From Bigelowiella natans CCMP2755 (taxonomy: Eukaryota > Protista > Cercozoa): a stretch of DNA of 64,000 nt. Below are positions 51,915 to 64,000 of the stretch, piece by piece. The DNA lies in contig ADNK01001199.1 in NCBI GenBank assembly GCA_000320545.1, positions 57,389 to 121,388 on the forward strand. Reading direction: 5' to 3'. The position numbers were made by a program, and so were the translations under genes. Position 1 is the stretch's first letter. Each line of letters begins with the position of its first letter. A model generated the notes under the pieces. The model was not told the origin of the DNA. It ran no database searches and saw only the letters and a program-made list of their open reading frames with translations.

Positions 51915-52630
51915 TGCTACGTCTGACATAGACTAGCTGGCTAGGACGATAGATCGAGTGCATTCGCATGTGTATGCTACGATGCGCGCTATCTGTTCAC
52001 ACCATGCATGTGGCGTGGCTATGCATATACCAACAACTAGACATAGCACAAGTAGCATTTACGCTATCTAGCTATCCACATATCCACACTAGCACGTATG
52101 CACTTGCTGCGTGATATGTTGCCAATGAGTTCCACGCAAGCAATGCGCTGAAAATTGCTACTCATCAAATCTTGGAAAAATCGCGATCAAACACCCACTC
52201 CAATCACATCTCACGGGCAAGCTAGCAAGCAATCGATGTGCACTTATTCGCACATATTGACTTCAGTCTTCAGTTCATGTTTTCATCGATGAAAACATTC
52301 TAGCTCACACTTTCATGTCGTCGTCATATAGCGTAGCATCGCAAAAAAAAAATCCAAACACTCGGTTTTCACAGTGAACATCACTAGATTAGTGAACCCC
52401 TCCTCCTCCGTGGCACAAGCTAGACGTGTGATGTGGTTCTGCGCAGATCTAGATATGTGTGCCATGCAGCGTCATTGTTCGCATTGCTGTATAGCGTGCA
52501 CATCTAGACATCTACGCACGTGAATCGAACAACAAAATCTTCAACAAAGCTCAGACAGTGTCACGACATTTACATCTCTAGATCTAGACATGTGTAGACA
52601 TTGCTACTAGACTACGCAATGCTGCATCGA
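51915..52630. repeat. Convergent-spacer palindrome-rich tract
   Basis: CATGCATG, TATCTAGCTA, AGCTAGC, AGATCTAGAT, CATCTAGACATC and TCTAGATCTAGACATGT between the RPL17 and TBCK 3' ends. Confidence 0.7.
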
Positions 52631-52635
52631 ATTAT

Positions 52636-54430
52636 CTACAAGCCATTTCCACGAATCACGGCAATTTTCTCTACGCCCTGAAGCATAAGACGACTTGCAA
52701 CTTTTTGCGCCTGAATCTGATGGGAACCAACGACTATCACCCACGGATCCATGTTGATCTGCACTGCATGAATGCGTGATGAAGACGGTACTCTTCGCGA
52801 CTCGCGCGCCTTCTTTCGTTCTTCTGATATTTTTTGTGCTATCTTCACGAAAGTACCTTCACACACACAACATAGCACAAAGAATCAGATAAACTTGGGA
52901 GAAATATGATGCTGACGATGCTACTGGCGAATGCAGGTTATACTTTAAACGCATCTAAAAATAACCAGGTTTGAAGGGCCATATAGTCTCGCCATTAGCC
53001 GGAGATCGTTGCTCGCTTGCTGCTGCAATTAGGGATAGCGGGCGCGAAATAAGGGACTTGGCATGTCCTAGTGTAGATGTGACGGTAGACGTAACCGTCG
53101 ACGCAAGTGCGAATCCTCTCTGACTCAAGTTGTTTCCGCCCCGATCACTCGATTCTGTTCGATGTTTTGATTGCGAAGTGGCTGGGGGATCTGCTGTCTG
53201 CATATCATTTGTTTCTGTGCCGCCTCCCCCCCCCCCTCCTTTGTCGTGATCATCAGACTCCAAAGGGGTTGGTGGAGAGGAGGAGAACGAGAAGGCGCGG
53301 GCAGCTGAAGAGACTGGACTGATATAATCGATGCTGCTAATATCGGCCGCGAAACTCTGCATGGAATACGATGGTGATGCGAACGATAAGGACGATGGAG
53401 AGGTGGGGCTTGGGGTCTTTGCGGTGACAGTAGATGGTGACTTTGTAGAAGATGTAGATGATGATTCTAGTGTGAATCGAATGGCGCCAGGCAATGTCAA
53501 TCTAGGTTGTATTAGCAAACAAGCGTTACCATTTATATTTGAACTATGGATAGATGTATCTTAATGAGAGATTTTCTGTGTAGCACACACATCGACACAT
53601 ATATTTTATATACCTACATAAATGCATTCATAATGATATAGTAACTTGATACGAATTTCATATTCCATCCTCTTCTTCTTTTCCCCCTTTTCCATTTGAC
53701 AATAAGCACACACCGTTGGTCTTCGCCATCGTTCTCATCCGTCGTTTGGGCACTTCCTGTCGCTACTGCTGCCTCCCTGACATCTATGATAATCGGAGCA
53801 CAAAGGCTAGGAGATAGAAGCTCGACGTTGAAGATTGCCCTCTCCTCCTCATCCTCCTCATAAAAACTGCTTATTTGCTTTTTCATGCCTTTCCTTTCAT
53901 CGTTGACCAAATCGCCCTTGCTACTGGCCGATCCGATCGTTTTCCTTCTAAGCCGCTTATTCTTCGGGTTTCGTGGAGGAAGCGGTGACAAAGGAGATGC
54001 GAGCAGATTGCGGAGTCGTGTGACCAGCATAAATTCGTCGTCTCCATCAGCATTCAGCTCTTCCTTGGTTGGTTCTAACGACGATTTTTCCTTGAGACTA
54101 TTTACGCTACTATCTGTGCTGGCCTGGCCTGTCGTGTTCTTATTCTTCCTTTTCTTCTTCTTCTTAGACTCTGGAATCTTATTCATCTCAGTCGATTTTA
54201 GAAGAGCGAGGAGTTCCGCGGCACTTATGCTTGGGGACACAATCTGGAGATCAAACGAAATGATTTTGCACGGTGAATCGTGTGAGTTAATTGGGAAAGA
54301 ACAATTGAAAGACGACCATAATAACTCTATCAGTTCTTGTGTTAATAGAGAATACAAGTATGGCCATGTAGCAGTTTTTCTATCGCTATGTTTTCCAAAT
54401 ATTATGCATAGATATGAATAACCACACACA

Positions 54431-54471
<41 letters not shown>

Positions 54472-56322
54472 TCGATTAACGCTGGCTTTCCTCCTCGTCA
54501 GCTACACACCTCGTCAGCACTCTTAACGTACTTCTCCTCCCCTGCTCGAAATCGTTTCCCCTCTTTGCCAACGATGCGATGACCCGTTTTTGGCTCTGCA
54601 TCTACACAGCTGCTGTTAACACCACCACGACTGTGAACGAAGGAGTCATCACTGGAACAAAGGCTCTTTCTCTGAATATCATGCTTTTCTCCTCCCTTTC
54701 CTGCTTTGCCCTCTTTCCTATCTACATCCTCATCGGGGACGCTGTTATTATTATCTTTTATCTTTCTATTGGCAACGTCATTTTCTGCCTTTGATGCCTC
54801 TTCCTCCGCCCCCTCTCCCCCCTCTTTGCCTTGTGTTACTTGAGAACTTCCCCCAACACCATCCGACCTAGCCTCAATAGAGGAATCCAGCCCTCTTTCC
54901 TCGCCAGATTTTGGACTTTTGGTAGTAGTATTGCTATCGATGATAGTTGAGTAATCTTCATGACTTCTTTGGTCCGACAGCGAAATCCCTTGTTCGGCCG
55001 CCTTCTCCTGCCGTCTCCTCCTCCTCTCCCTCCACCTCTCATTCTTGAATGCCGATATTGAGGGCTCGCTGAAGGGAGGGGTCGTGGCCCAATCGTACAA
55101 ATGCGGAGGCGTCTGCAGGAACAGCGCATGTGCTAGTTGCACGATAGGGAGGGGAGGCGTTGGAGGGAGGCGCGACAGGTACGACAGCATATCGTTCATG
55201 TCAAAGCTAAGCATATTCTCACTGTTCAGCAAGATCATCGCCAAGATGAGGAAAACGGGGAAAGGATTGTTGTTGGGGGTGTTGTCTGAAGGAGGAGAGG
55301 AGGAGGAGGAGGTCGATCCTTTGGTCTCGGCGTTGCTTGTCGCATGAATGAAGCAGAATAATGCATCCCAGATGGGGAAGATAGGGTGCACCGACTGCCG
55401 CGACACAGAGAACCATTTCGATGATGACTTTGAGGAGGGGGAGGAGTGCGTGGCCCAAGCGGCCTTAGACGCGTCCATTTCGTGTGAAAACAGATGAGTG
55501 AAGAGTGGTAACACCCACGACGTTATGTACATATCAGGGTAGACCCCCAGCTTGCGAAGGTGAAGTGCAAGCGAAGGGCAGAAGAAGTACATCAACTGCT
55601 GCAGCAAGGCCCCATGAGCGGGCAGGCTGCTATGCTTGCCATCCACCAGCAGATACCGGAGGTACGTTTCACCCAGCTTCTCAACAAGCTGCCACGCATC
55701 GCTCTCGTCTTCATAGACCGTCAAAGCGGTCGCAGCAACCGAATCAAATCCCTGCCAGTACCGTCGGGAGCCCTCGGAGCCCCCCCCCCCTGCCCCCCAG
55801 GTACGAAGGATCCTTCGCAGTTGGGTGCGCTTGCGGATGGTAGAGAGCGTGGGGGAGTCTGAGCAGCACCGTGGGAGGTCTAGGGAGAGCTGGCGGAATA
55901 GTTCTCGCAGCCTATCTTGCATCGCCTCATCACCCACAACACGTGACTCGAGTCGTTGCATCCTGTATAAAGGCTCTGCGTCGGTGTGCAACCCTAGCAG
56001 ACAACGCCACACCGCCGGTCTAAGCTGCGAGGGCAATGAAATGCCGTTTGTGCAGCAGAGCACCATAACGGTTCTCCGCACACGTTCAGCATTGACCTTG
56101 GAATGGATAAGAAGTCTCCGAAGCCTGCACGTAGCTCTGTAGGCTATGTGCACACGTTCAAAGGCCAAGTGTTGAGGTGACACGTTACTGCTGCTGCTAC
56201 TGCTACTGCTGCTGCCGTGTTGCTGTGTCTGTCGCCGTTTTCGAGTGGTTTTATCATCGTCTGAGGCTCTCCGAGCCTTGTTGTCCACATCCGGAGGTGT
56301 CATCGTCAACTTCATCAACAGC

Positions 56323-56357
<35 letters not shown>

Positions 56358-58764
56358 CGGCAATGATGGCAATGATGGTGATGACTCGCAAGCTTGCAAA
56401 AGAAAAGACAAATCAATGTCTCGTGATTCAATAGTCCCCAGACTGCCGGAAAATGGCGCCGAGCCCGCAGCTGTTGCAGCGATTTTGTACTCACGATTGA
56501 GTACAAAGGAAGATTGAGGGGAAGCAGGCGATGGTTCGTGTGAAGAGGAGGAGCGACTTGCCCATTCCCCTCCCCCTCCTCTCCTAATCCTGCTACTCCC
56601 TGATCCTGACACCACAGGCCTCATCGCAAGAGGTAATGCTGCAATGGATAGGATAGGTGACAGCAACCCCTTCCTCAATAACCACTCAGTAAAATCAACG
56701 GATATTGTCTCGAGGTAGATGTTCAGCAAATACCACAAATCAGCACCGCTCAAAGCATCGAGAGAGGCGCAAGGAGGGGGTGCATCATCAGCCTGTGTCT
56801 TTTGACCAACATGAAGCTTTTTGGGGTCTGAAACTGATGATTCTGCTGCCGCTGCTGCTGCTGGTGATAGTGCTGGTGACGGGGAGGAAAATGGCACGTT
56901 TGGCGTAGTCAGATGGGCGCTATCGAGTCTAATCCTTTCTCTCCATTTATGAGCTCCACGACGTAATCGCACTAGCACAGTTTTGTTCTCAACCTCCTTC
57001 CTGTGAGAAGCCGTGGTGCGCCGAACATCGTTATTATCGTCGTCACTATCACCATCCTCCAGAAGTAGCTGCTGCTTTTGCGGCATGATAGGTCCTTCCA
57101 AGAGGCGAGAGAGAGCTGGATGCTGCAGCAACTGTCGCGCTGATGGCCTCGACTCCGGGTCCACGCTCAAGCACAAACGCACTATCTTCTTCAAATTTGA
57201 GTCTACTTCGACATCGTCCAATCGGAGCCATTCCTCCACTGCCCGCCTCTTCCTCGGCTTGTCGCTGTGCTTTGGAAGGAGGCTGCTTCCAGATCTTCGC
57301 TTATTCGCTAGTATTGAAAGACGTGCGAGAGCATGGATAGCTTGTTCAGGTTGTACCGAGCCTGATGACGACTCATCAGCACCTGCAAAAAGTGCCCGAA
57401 TCTTGCTCAAACTGTCCTTGGTGGGTTGATGGGAGAACCGCATGACTAAGGAGGACACCCCTGCATCTTCCTTCTCACCATCTACACCGCCACTACCACC
57501 ACCATGGTCATCATCGTCGTCGTCGTCATCATCATCATCATCATGAACATCATCGCTCTTTTTCACAGCAGTTGCCGCCCCGAATGGACGAGATGAGCCC
57601 CTGATTAACTGAACCAGTATGATTCCCAACGACCAGACATCCGACCGACGATGACGACGCCGGCTGCCATCTACACCGGCAGCACCAACGAATCCTTAAG
57701 AGAGGTTAAGAAAGCATCTCACAAAATGACGAGTGTGTTGGAGAAAGAATACCGCCTATTACCTTGCGGTCCTCTCCTTAGCGTTTCAGGTGGCATGTAG
57801 AGGGGGTCTCCTACGACTCCGCCCTCTGCAAGAAACTCGCCCCCACACAACATGTGGAAGAAGTAAACACCGCGAATCTTTATGTGCGAGTTCTCCGTTA
57901 ACCTGCATGCACAGGTTTTAGCTTCCTTCGTGAACGCACATGTGGTTGTTTCAAGCGATAAATTGGGTGTCGATCGTTTACCGGATCGAGTCGAGCGTCA
58001 GTGCTCTGTGAGTAATGCCTGAATAATGTTAATGGTGGACATGGGATTCGTGATATTAGGGTAACTCTAGTGCTGAAAAGGGTTCTTTCTCATTTATTAT
58101 TGCTAGCACCATTGTGTTCAAGATGCGCCAATCCTTTGAGAATCTCGACAGCAACTTTCCCTATGACTCCATCACGCTCAGGCTGCGGCATGGCGGAAAC
58201 TGCCGTCTGATGATTAATTTACGGAACAAAAGGGTCTGTTCACTACTGAAAACGCGAATAAGAACATCTCTATTTTTCAGATTTGTTTAGCGTTGCGTTG
58301 GTGAAAACGGAGGCAGCAACGACCTGAATTCCCCTCAGACACTTAGGCTCGTGCTTCTCAACTACAATGACGCTTTGCTGACTGCGCACAACTGCCACAC
58401 CCTGATGGCCAAGGTTAGATGTAAGTCCAGCTTCTATGATAATAAAAATTAAACTGCGTTCGACCTCACACCAAATCCCGCCAGCTTTCCCATTAGTTAC
58501 TTCCCGAATTTCCTGAGAACGAATAATGTCAAAAGTCTGTAGAACAATGTCACATGGTGGGCGGGACCAAGCGCGCAAACCCATGTATAAAATGTGTACA
58601 TGGAATCTCCCTTCGATCTCGCGGAGCTGTTCTTCCCCTCGCCCATCGTAGTACGGCTGAAGAGACATTGACTTAGCTAAAGTTTGTTGAGTAGAAGGAA
58701 ACACCCCGGAAGAAATTGTGTTGCGTTCGCAGACCTTAAGCCTCAATCGGGTGGCGTGGAGCAT
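52636..58764 (-). CDS. TBCK: TBC domain-containing protein kinase-like (pseudokinase + TBC RabGAP + rhodanese)
   Basis: Kinase C-lobe SDVWSLGIILVQL..CLSVDPESRPSARQLLQHP. TBC: LRPAVWRCLL..QLSLDLPRC..YWQGFDSVAA..PDMYITSWVLPLFTH. Rhodanese-like: PSISAAELL..IIIDVRE..LPGAIRF..VIVVG..VASRLMLQG..IAVIRG. Domain order matches TBCK; 5' exons approximate. Confidence 0.82.
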
Positions 58765-59422
58765 CAGATCATCAGCAACCTTTCCAGAGAGGAGATGAGG
58801 TACGATGGCTCACGGACAGACGAATCAGAATGAATCGAGTCTTCGAATGGGCGATGGTGTTCGAATTCTAGGAGAGGGGGCGGTCAGGCCCTACTCAATC
58901 AAGACGACGACATCAAATTTAAAAATAGTAAAATGATTTCCCTCAAAACAGCTAAAATACAAAAGAATATTCAGTCGCGACAATCGTATATGCCAGACTT
59001 ACGTGGAAATTCCGTGTTGATTGTTATTACAGATCCATCCGGTGGTGTTCTCTGTTTCGTTTTAGGTGAAAAAAGATGGGGCAAACGTACGGAGAAACTT
59101 CGGAGAAAAAGGAAGATTTACTGTTGCAGAGACGTGGGCAGCAGCGACAACAATAACAATACTGCGAAAATTTATGGCATTTTTTTTTCAGATATATGTT
59201 CATCAAGATTTTCCTCTATCGAACCTTTCTTTGGCGCGCGGGAGCAGAAGCATAACGAGAACAGTTACGGTATTGAGCGTGGTCTCGATTGGACATTTTC
59301 CCATAGCGACAAGGATAAGTTCTCTATTTTTTAAGTGAAACAGAAAGAGCCCTCGCAAAGCTCATCAAGATAGCATTGCCCCCCCTTGAATCTGAGGGTC
59401 CATCGCCCATTCCACGCTCGCC

Positions 59423-60421
59423 ATGTCCGGCTCTGACTTCTCCGCGAATGACTCCCAGTTTGTCACTCCGCGATCGGACAGGTTGAAAGACGGAGAATTA
59501 CAACTTGAAATTTCTGTTTTTGGGTGATGTTCATCAAGATGAGTTAATATATCTTTTCAGGTCTGATCTCTTCGTGACGCCGAGGTCGAACACCCAAGTC
59601 AATGACGTACTGTCACCCAACCGTTTGGATGCTTTCGTCACTCCACGAGGAGGAGAAGATCAGGTGGGAGCCTACCTCAATAAAAAATTATATTGAGTTC
59701 AACGCATCACTTCTTTTTTTCACATTCATTACTTTTATTTAGGGCGAAGGCCCCTTCCCCTTTACCGATGTTCATCCACTGGGAGGAGTAAGCTCTCGAA
59801 GCACTGCTGACAAAAAAGGAGAGAACTTGCAATGGAACATTGGAGGGAAACAGTGGAGTAAGAAGGGCACATCAGACAAAGTAAAAAATAAGATGCAGGG
59901 CGATGCCAAGCTGAATGAACAGAAGTTACTCGCAAAAATGTTTCAATCAGCTAGACACTGCAAGAAGAAGGAAGTCGAGGCTATTTTGAAGCAGGGCCTA
60001 AAAATTGATACTGAAGACAAGTTCGGCAACACCCTATATCTAGTTGCATGTCAGAATGGCCACAAGCGAATTGCGAAGGTGGCCTTGCGTCAAGGGGCCA
60101 ACATCAACCACAGAAATGTAATTTCCTCTTCGTTCAGATGAATGCTTTAGGTTTTAATAATCTCTGTCACCTTCTCAGAAAAAGGGATGTACTGGACTTC
60201 ATTACTGTTTTGCATACGGCTACAAGGAGCTTGGTAAATCTCACACCACTTTCACTGTTGGCCAACGTCTGATATTTTTGCGTGATTGATACTCAGGTGA
60301 ATACCTTATATCAAAGGGTGCAGATGTCACCATTCAAAATGAAAACGGTCTGACATGTTATGAAGGCCTTCACCTGAAAGATGATAAGGATAAGGAGAAG
60401 GATGAAGAAGAGACAGCGTAG
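59423..60421 (+). CDS. Small ankyrin-repeat protein with N-terminal FVTPR repeats
   Basis: IDTEDKFGNTLYLVACQNGHKRIAKVALRQGANINHRN|KKGCTGLHYCFAYGYKEL|GEYLISKGADVTIQNENGLTCYEGL; start MSGSDFSAND. Confidence 0.85.
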
Positions 60422-60544
60422 GTGAAGACTAAGGAGCGTTTCGATGCGAAGGAAGCAGTCTTTAGGAAGATGAAAATCTGTATATAGCAAACAGCAGCAG
60501 TCTTACCAGGCAAGATAGATCGACGTTGCAAACTAAAAAGGTGA

Positions 60545-61360
60545 CGTTGCTAGTTTGTAGCGTCATGTGAAAACGTGCACGTTCTTAATTTTTATCAAGA
60601 TCAATGAAGGATTAAAGATGTATGTATAGTATGTGTAAATCACTTGATCCATTATGATGCTGCCGTTCAAGAATCGACGGGATGTTGCGTCTGTCTATGC
60701 GTAAACGCGCGTACAAATCGCTGTACGTAGAATATTTGATGCAACAATACCAACATGAGACGAAACTACGTACTGAATGTTTTGAATTTTTCAATTGTCA
60801 TGTCAAGTCGCAGCTTATTATACTTTGCAATGCTACGGCTGCAGCACTTCAGACAACAGTCGTATCTCTTTGTCTCCGCTATTATTATATCGATCATGCA
60901 TATGAATGCATTGTCGTCATTAGGTCGCACATCTAGATGTGTATGCATGGTGCTGCGCGCTAGCTAGTAGAGCGATGCGATGCGCGTCTCTTTTTGTTTT
61001 GCAGTTAGCGCTACATTGTTGTGTGATTTCGTCGTCGCTGTCCAAACAGGCTAAGCTAGCTAGCTAGTAAGCTACCTTGCTTGCTATGCGTGCCGCATCC
61101 ACTGCATTACATCACTATCTAGCTAGCTAGACTATATGGGCACTTATTACCGTTTGGCGCTTCGACCGATCAACACGCTATCCTAGTATCGATCATGATT
61201 CGATTCCTGTATGTAAATTACATGAGCTATGTCTAGACATGTACAACTAATTCGGTAAGCTTGGTTAGCTCTTATGCGTACATGCCTGCTCGGTAATGGG
61301 GATATCGACAACGATCGCACGACGCGCGCGTGCGGCATCCCAGCACTCGCTAGAATGTGT
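60545..61360. repeat. Convergent-spacer tract with (TAGC)n and TCTAGA motifs
   Basis: ACATCTAGATGT ~60929, GCTAGCTAG ~60959, AGCTAGCTAGCTAG ~61054, CTAGCTAGCTAG ~61119, TGTCTAGACA ~61230. Confidence 0.75.
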
Positions 61361-61576
61361 GTGTGTATAAAACAACGAAGCTTTACATTGAAATTCAAGT
61401 TCGCCTTATTTTGCTTTATTTGCAACTTAAAAAAGTTCTTGCTTGCTGGCACAAATGTACATTCCTATAATTATTACGCAGCTGTTAAGTGCAACTCATA
61501 CAACATACACTTTTAAAATAATTGAATCTGGATCCTTCTTATCTTCGATGTAAAGAGTGTTCCCTGCTCTGAAGGT

Positions 61577-63157
61577 TCATCGAAAGTTGTTTTCTGGGCT
61601 GAGGAAGTGGCTCAGGACAAGATGTGCCTTGCCAGCTCCGTCATCTTCGAACAGGCACTTTGCGAAAACTGGGACGAGGAGATCGACACTACAACAACGA
61701 ACAGAACCAAAGCAAAGCGAAGCAAGAATACTATCAGCGGCTTTATCTCCATTCTATCTCCTTGCTTTCACCACACGGGTTATCATCGTGCTGGATGCAT
61801 CGAAACTGAAAAACAGCCCCTCTCCAAAATTCATTCCATGCGCGCTGCACCATTCCTCTAGCAATATTACTTCTCCTCCTCCTCCTCCTACTATAATCTA
61901 CTACTACTACATTGGATGGATATGGTGATTTGTACCTGAGTTTGTTGTGCTCCTTGTGCTTTAGAATCTCACGAATGAAAGAGACCACGTACGTGAAGAC
62001 ACGGTACTGAGAACAACGACATCAAACCAATAATGAACGATGCCTCAGCATTCACTGCAACTCAGGTCATCACAGACACAGTTCCATGAGTACATGGATA
62101 CTACAAATGCGCGCACATACAGAGACAAAGAACGCATCTTGCGTGTATTCCATAATTCAGATCGCATGGAGAAACAGCAGCGTCTACGAATATCCAGGGA
62201 GATGTGTAGATGGAGCGTGTAGAATTGTTGGAGGGGAAGAGACCTGCAACGGGTTAAGCTGGCGCAAGCTGAGCCTGCAGAAGCTGTGGATGTTGTCTGT
62301 TTTGCTGTGGTGCGCTTGATTCACTTTTCGAGGGGCGTGCAAGCGAGTGACGACGTAGCAAAATACGTTTGGCAAACAAACAACAAAAGCAAAAGGCAAA
62401 AACAAGAAAACCACACAAAATGAGCACCGAAACTAAAATTACTCTTGGGGAGATATCAGAAAGGCATTCGAGCTTGTCCTACTTGATCAACACTGCGTGG
62501 GAAAATATATTTACTATACATGTTGTGATGATTTGTTCGTATGTGTGCTGTCGTTCGTTACAAATGGCTGCTGAGAAGACGTGAAACTCCAAGCTGCTGA
62601 GGAATCGCACTAAAGTCTCGGCCTGATTAATGTCTCAATCATTAGCATGCCAAGTTCATGAAACACACACACACTCTTCCCCATCATTCGATAGAGAATA
62701 ACACACACGCGTAAAATAGTAGTCCTGTAAGTGTGATTCTATAGGTTTTCGTCGTAACGGGTTATCAACAATTCGTCAAACGATAATCTATCTCGCTCAA
62801 TCACCATGGAATGCAGCGAGACCTTTTCAAACGGTTCCCCTACGATGAACATGGCAATTTTGGGAGATTTAAGGCGCAGCAAGCATTGTGTGTAGAGGAC
62901 AATAATCGGCGCTTTCATTATTGTATTGATATTGCATGAGGACCATTCATCATCATCATTCATCATCATCATCCATCATCATCATCATACTTATTCACTG
63001 AAGTTTCTTCCGGCATCATCGACATCTAATCACATACCGCAATCTAAGCTTTCCATGATTCCCTTGACCTCGTCAGGATATCCATCAGTCACAAACAGCT
63101 CCACCTGATGGTGATGATGATGATGATGATGACGATGATGATGATGACAAATAGCAC

Positions 63158-63193
<36 letters not shown>

Positions 63194-63279
63194 ATAAATC
63201 CATAAGAATATTCGTGAATAGGGTTCTGGAAGAGGTAATCGGCGCATAAAATGCTCTAGGTTGTCGCAGGTGCATATTC

Positions 63280-63316
<37 letters not shown>

Positions 63317-63555
63317 GAGAGGCAGAGGTAACAAGAGAGACTTAGACGCAAAAAGGAGGCACACCTCATAGAGCCCCCCCCTCCTGTAAAGGTGATCTAC
63401 TATCCTCCACAGCTCTTTTGGGATCTGACAGCGATGATGAGGGGAAGGGAGGCGATGTGGGAGGGGGAAGATTAACATTATCAACATGTATTTATGAGCT
63501 TGCCAGTTGGCTGCTACGAACGACACAACACACATAAACACACACACACACACAC

Positions 63556-63604
<49 letters not shown>

Positions 63605-64000
63605 TCATAGGAGGAGATGGTATTAAAATCGATGGGTAGTACTTTGTGCGCTTCATTAGATGGTAACGTTCTAAGCCTGATGTATGGATAATAACAAGGC
63701 AGGGACGAATGGCTCACTGGAAGGAATCTCCTGCCTCAACTGACCGCTCCGAAATTACCCTCCCCCCCCCCCCCCCCCCCTTTTCGGATGTGTAGAAAAA
63801 ATTGAAAACCGATTGGAACCCACGGGGGCCGAAGCTTTAACAAGATAATCTAACGAGCAGCCGAAACATGACTTCATATCCCTAATGGAAGGTGTATGGA
63901 ATAGGTTTTCACAGGCAATTAGCCCGTGGGAGAAGAATGAGAAAGACACACACAAGAGGAAATGAGATTGATCGAAATTCGTTCTGTTTTCATGCGCCTA
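61577..64000 (-). CDS. OCRL/INPP5B-like inositol polyphosphate 5-phosphatase, C-terminal ASH/RhoGAP-like exons (5' part outside window)
   Basis: Exons KSCFGCSLDYLV, IPKELWRIVDHLY, ELFVTDG..IMESLDC, SLHSM|AETLVRFLSSL and YRVFTYVVSFIREILKH follow the OCRL RhoGAP-like domain pattern. Stop at 61577-61579. The phosphatase domain is not in the window. Confidence 0.75.

Overview
Intron-rich eukaryotic nuclear DNA. A nucleus-encoded plastid-type rps10 with a signal+transit bipartite leader points to an alga with a secondary green plastid, probably a chlorarachniophyte (inference). I reconstructed 15 host genes by hand from GT-AG exon chains: a giant HECT ligase (5'-truncated), an EF-hand sterol glucosyltransferase, a WD40 protein, a GT34-like glycosyltransferase, an ABC-class ATPase (PF09818/MRB1590-like), enoyl-CoA hydratase 2, U2SURP, a secreted two-repeat PAN/apple-like protein, a GT23-like fucosyltransferase, an atypical Rab-like GTPase, plastid rps10, RPL17, TBCK, an ankyrin protein and the 3' part of an OCRL/INPP5B-like gene. 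One young, full-length Ty1/Copia element (38254-44781, 416-bp apparently identical LTRs, CACCA target-site duplication) is also present. Main observations: (1) its LTR carries about 17 tandem nnTTCnnGAA heat-shock-element decamers and has non-canonical TG...AA ends; (2) host genes alternate strand at 13 of 14 junctions, and every convergent spacer is filled with (TAGC)n / TCTAGA / GCATGC palindromic purine-pyrimidine tracts; (3) the LTR and some spacers are almost free of TpA (682 bp with none; elsewhere TA survives only in CTAG), suggesting a local TA->TG/CA mutational process. Exon boundaries were read by eye, so gene ends are approximate.
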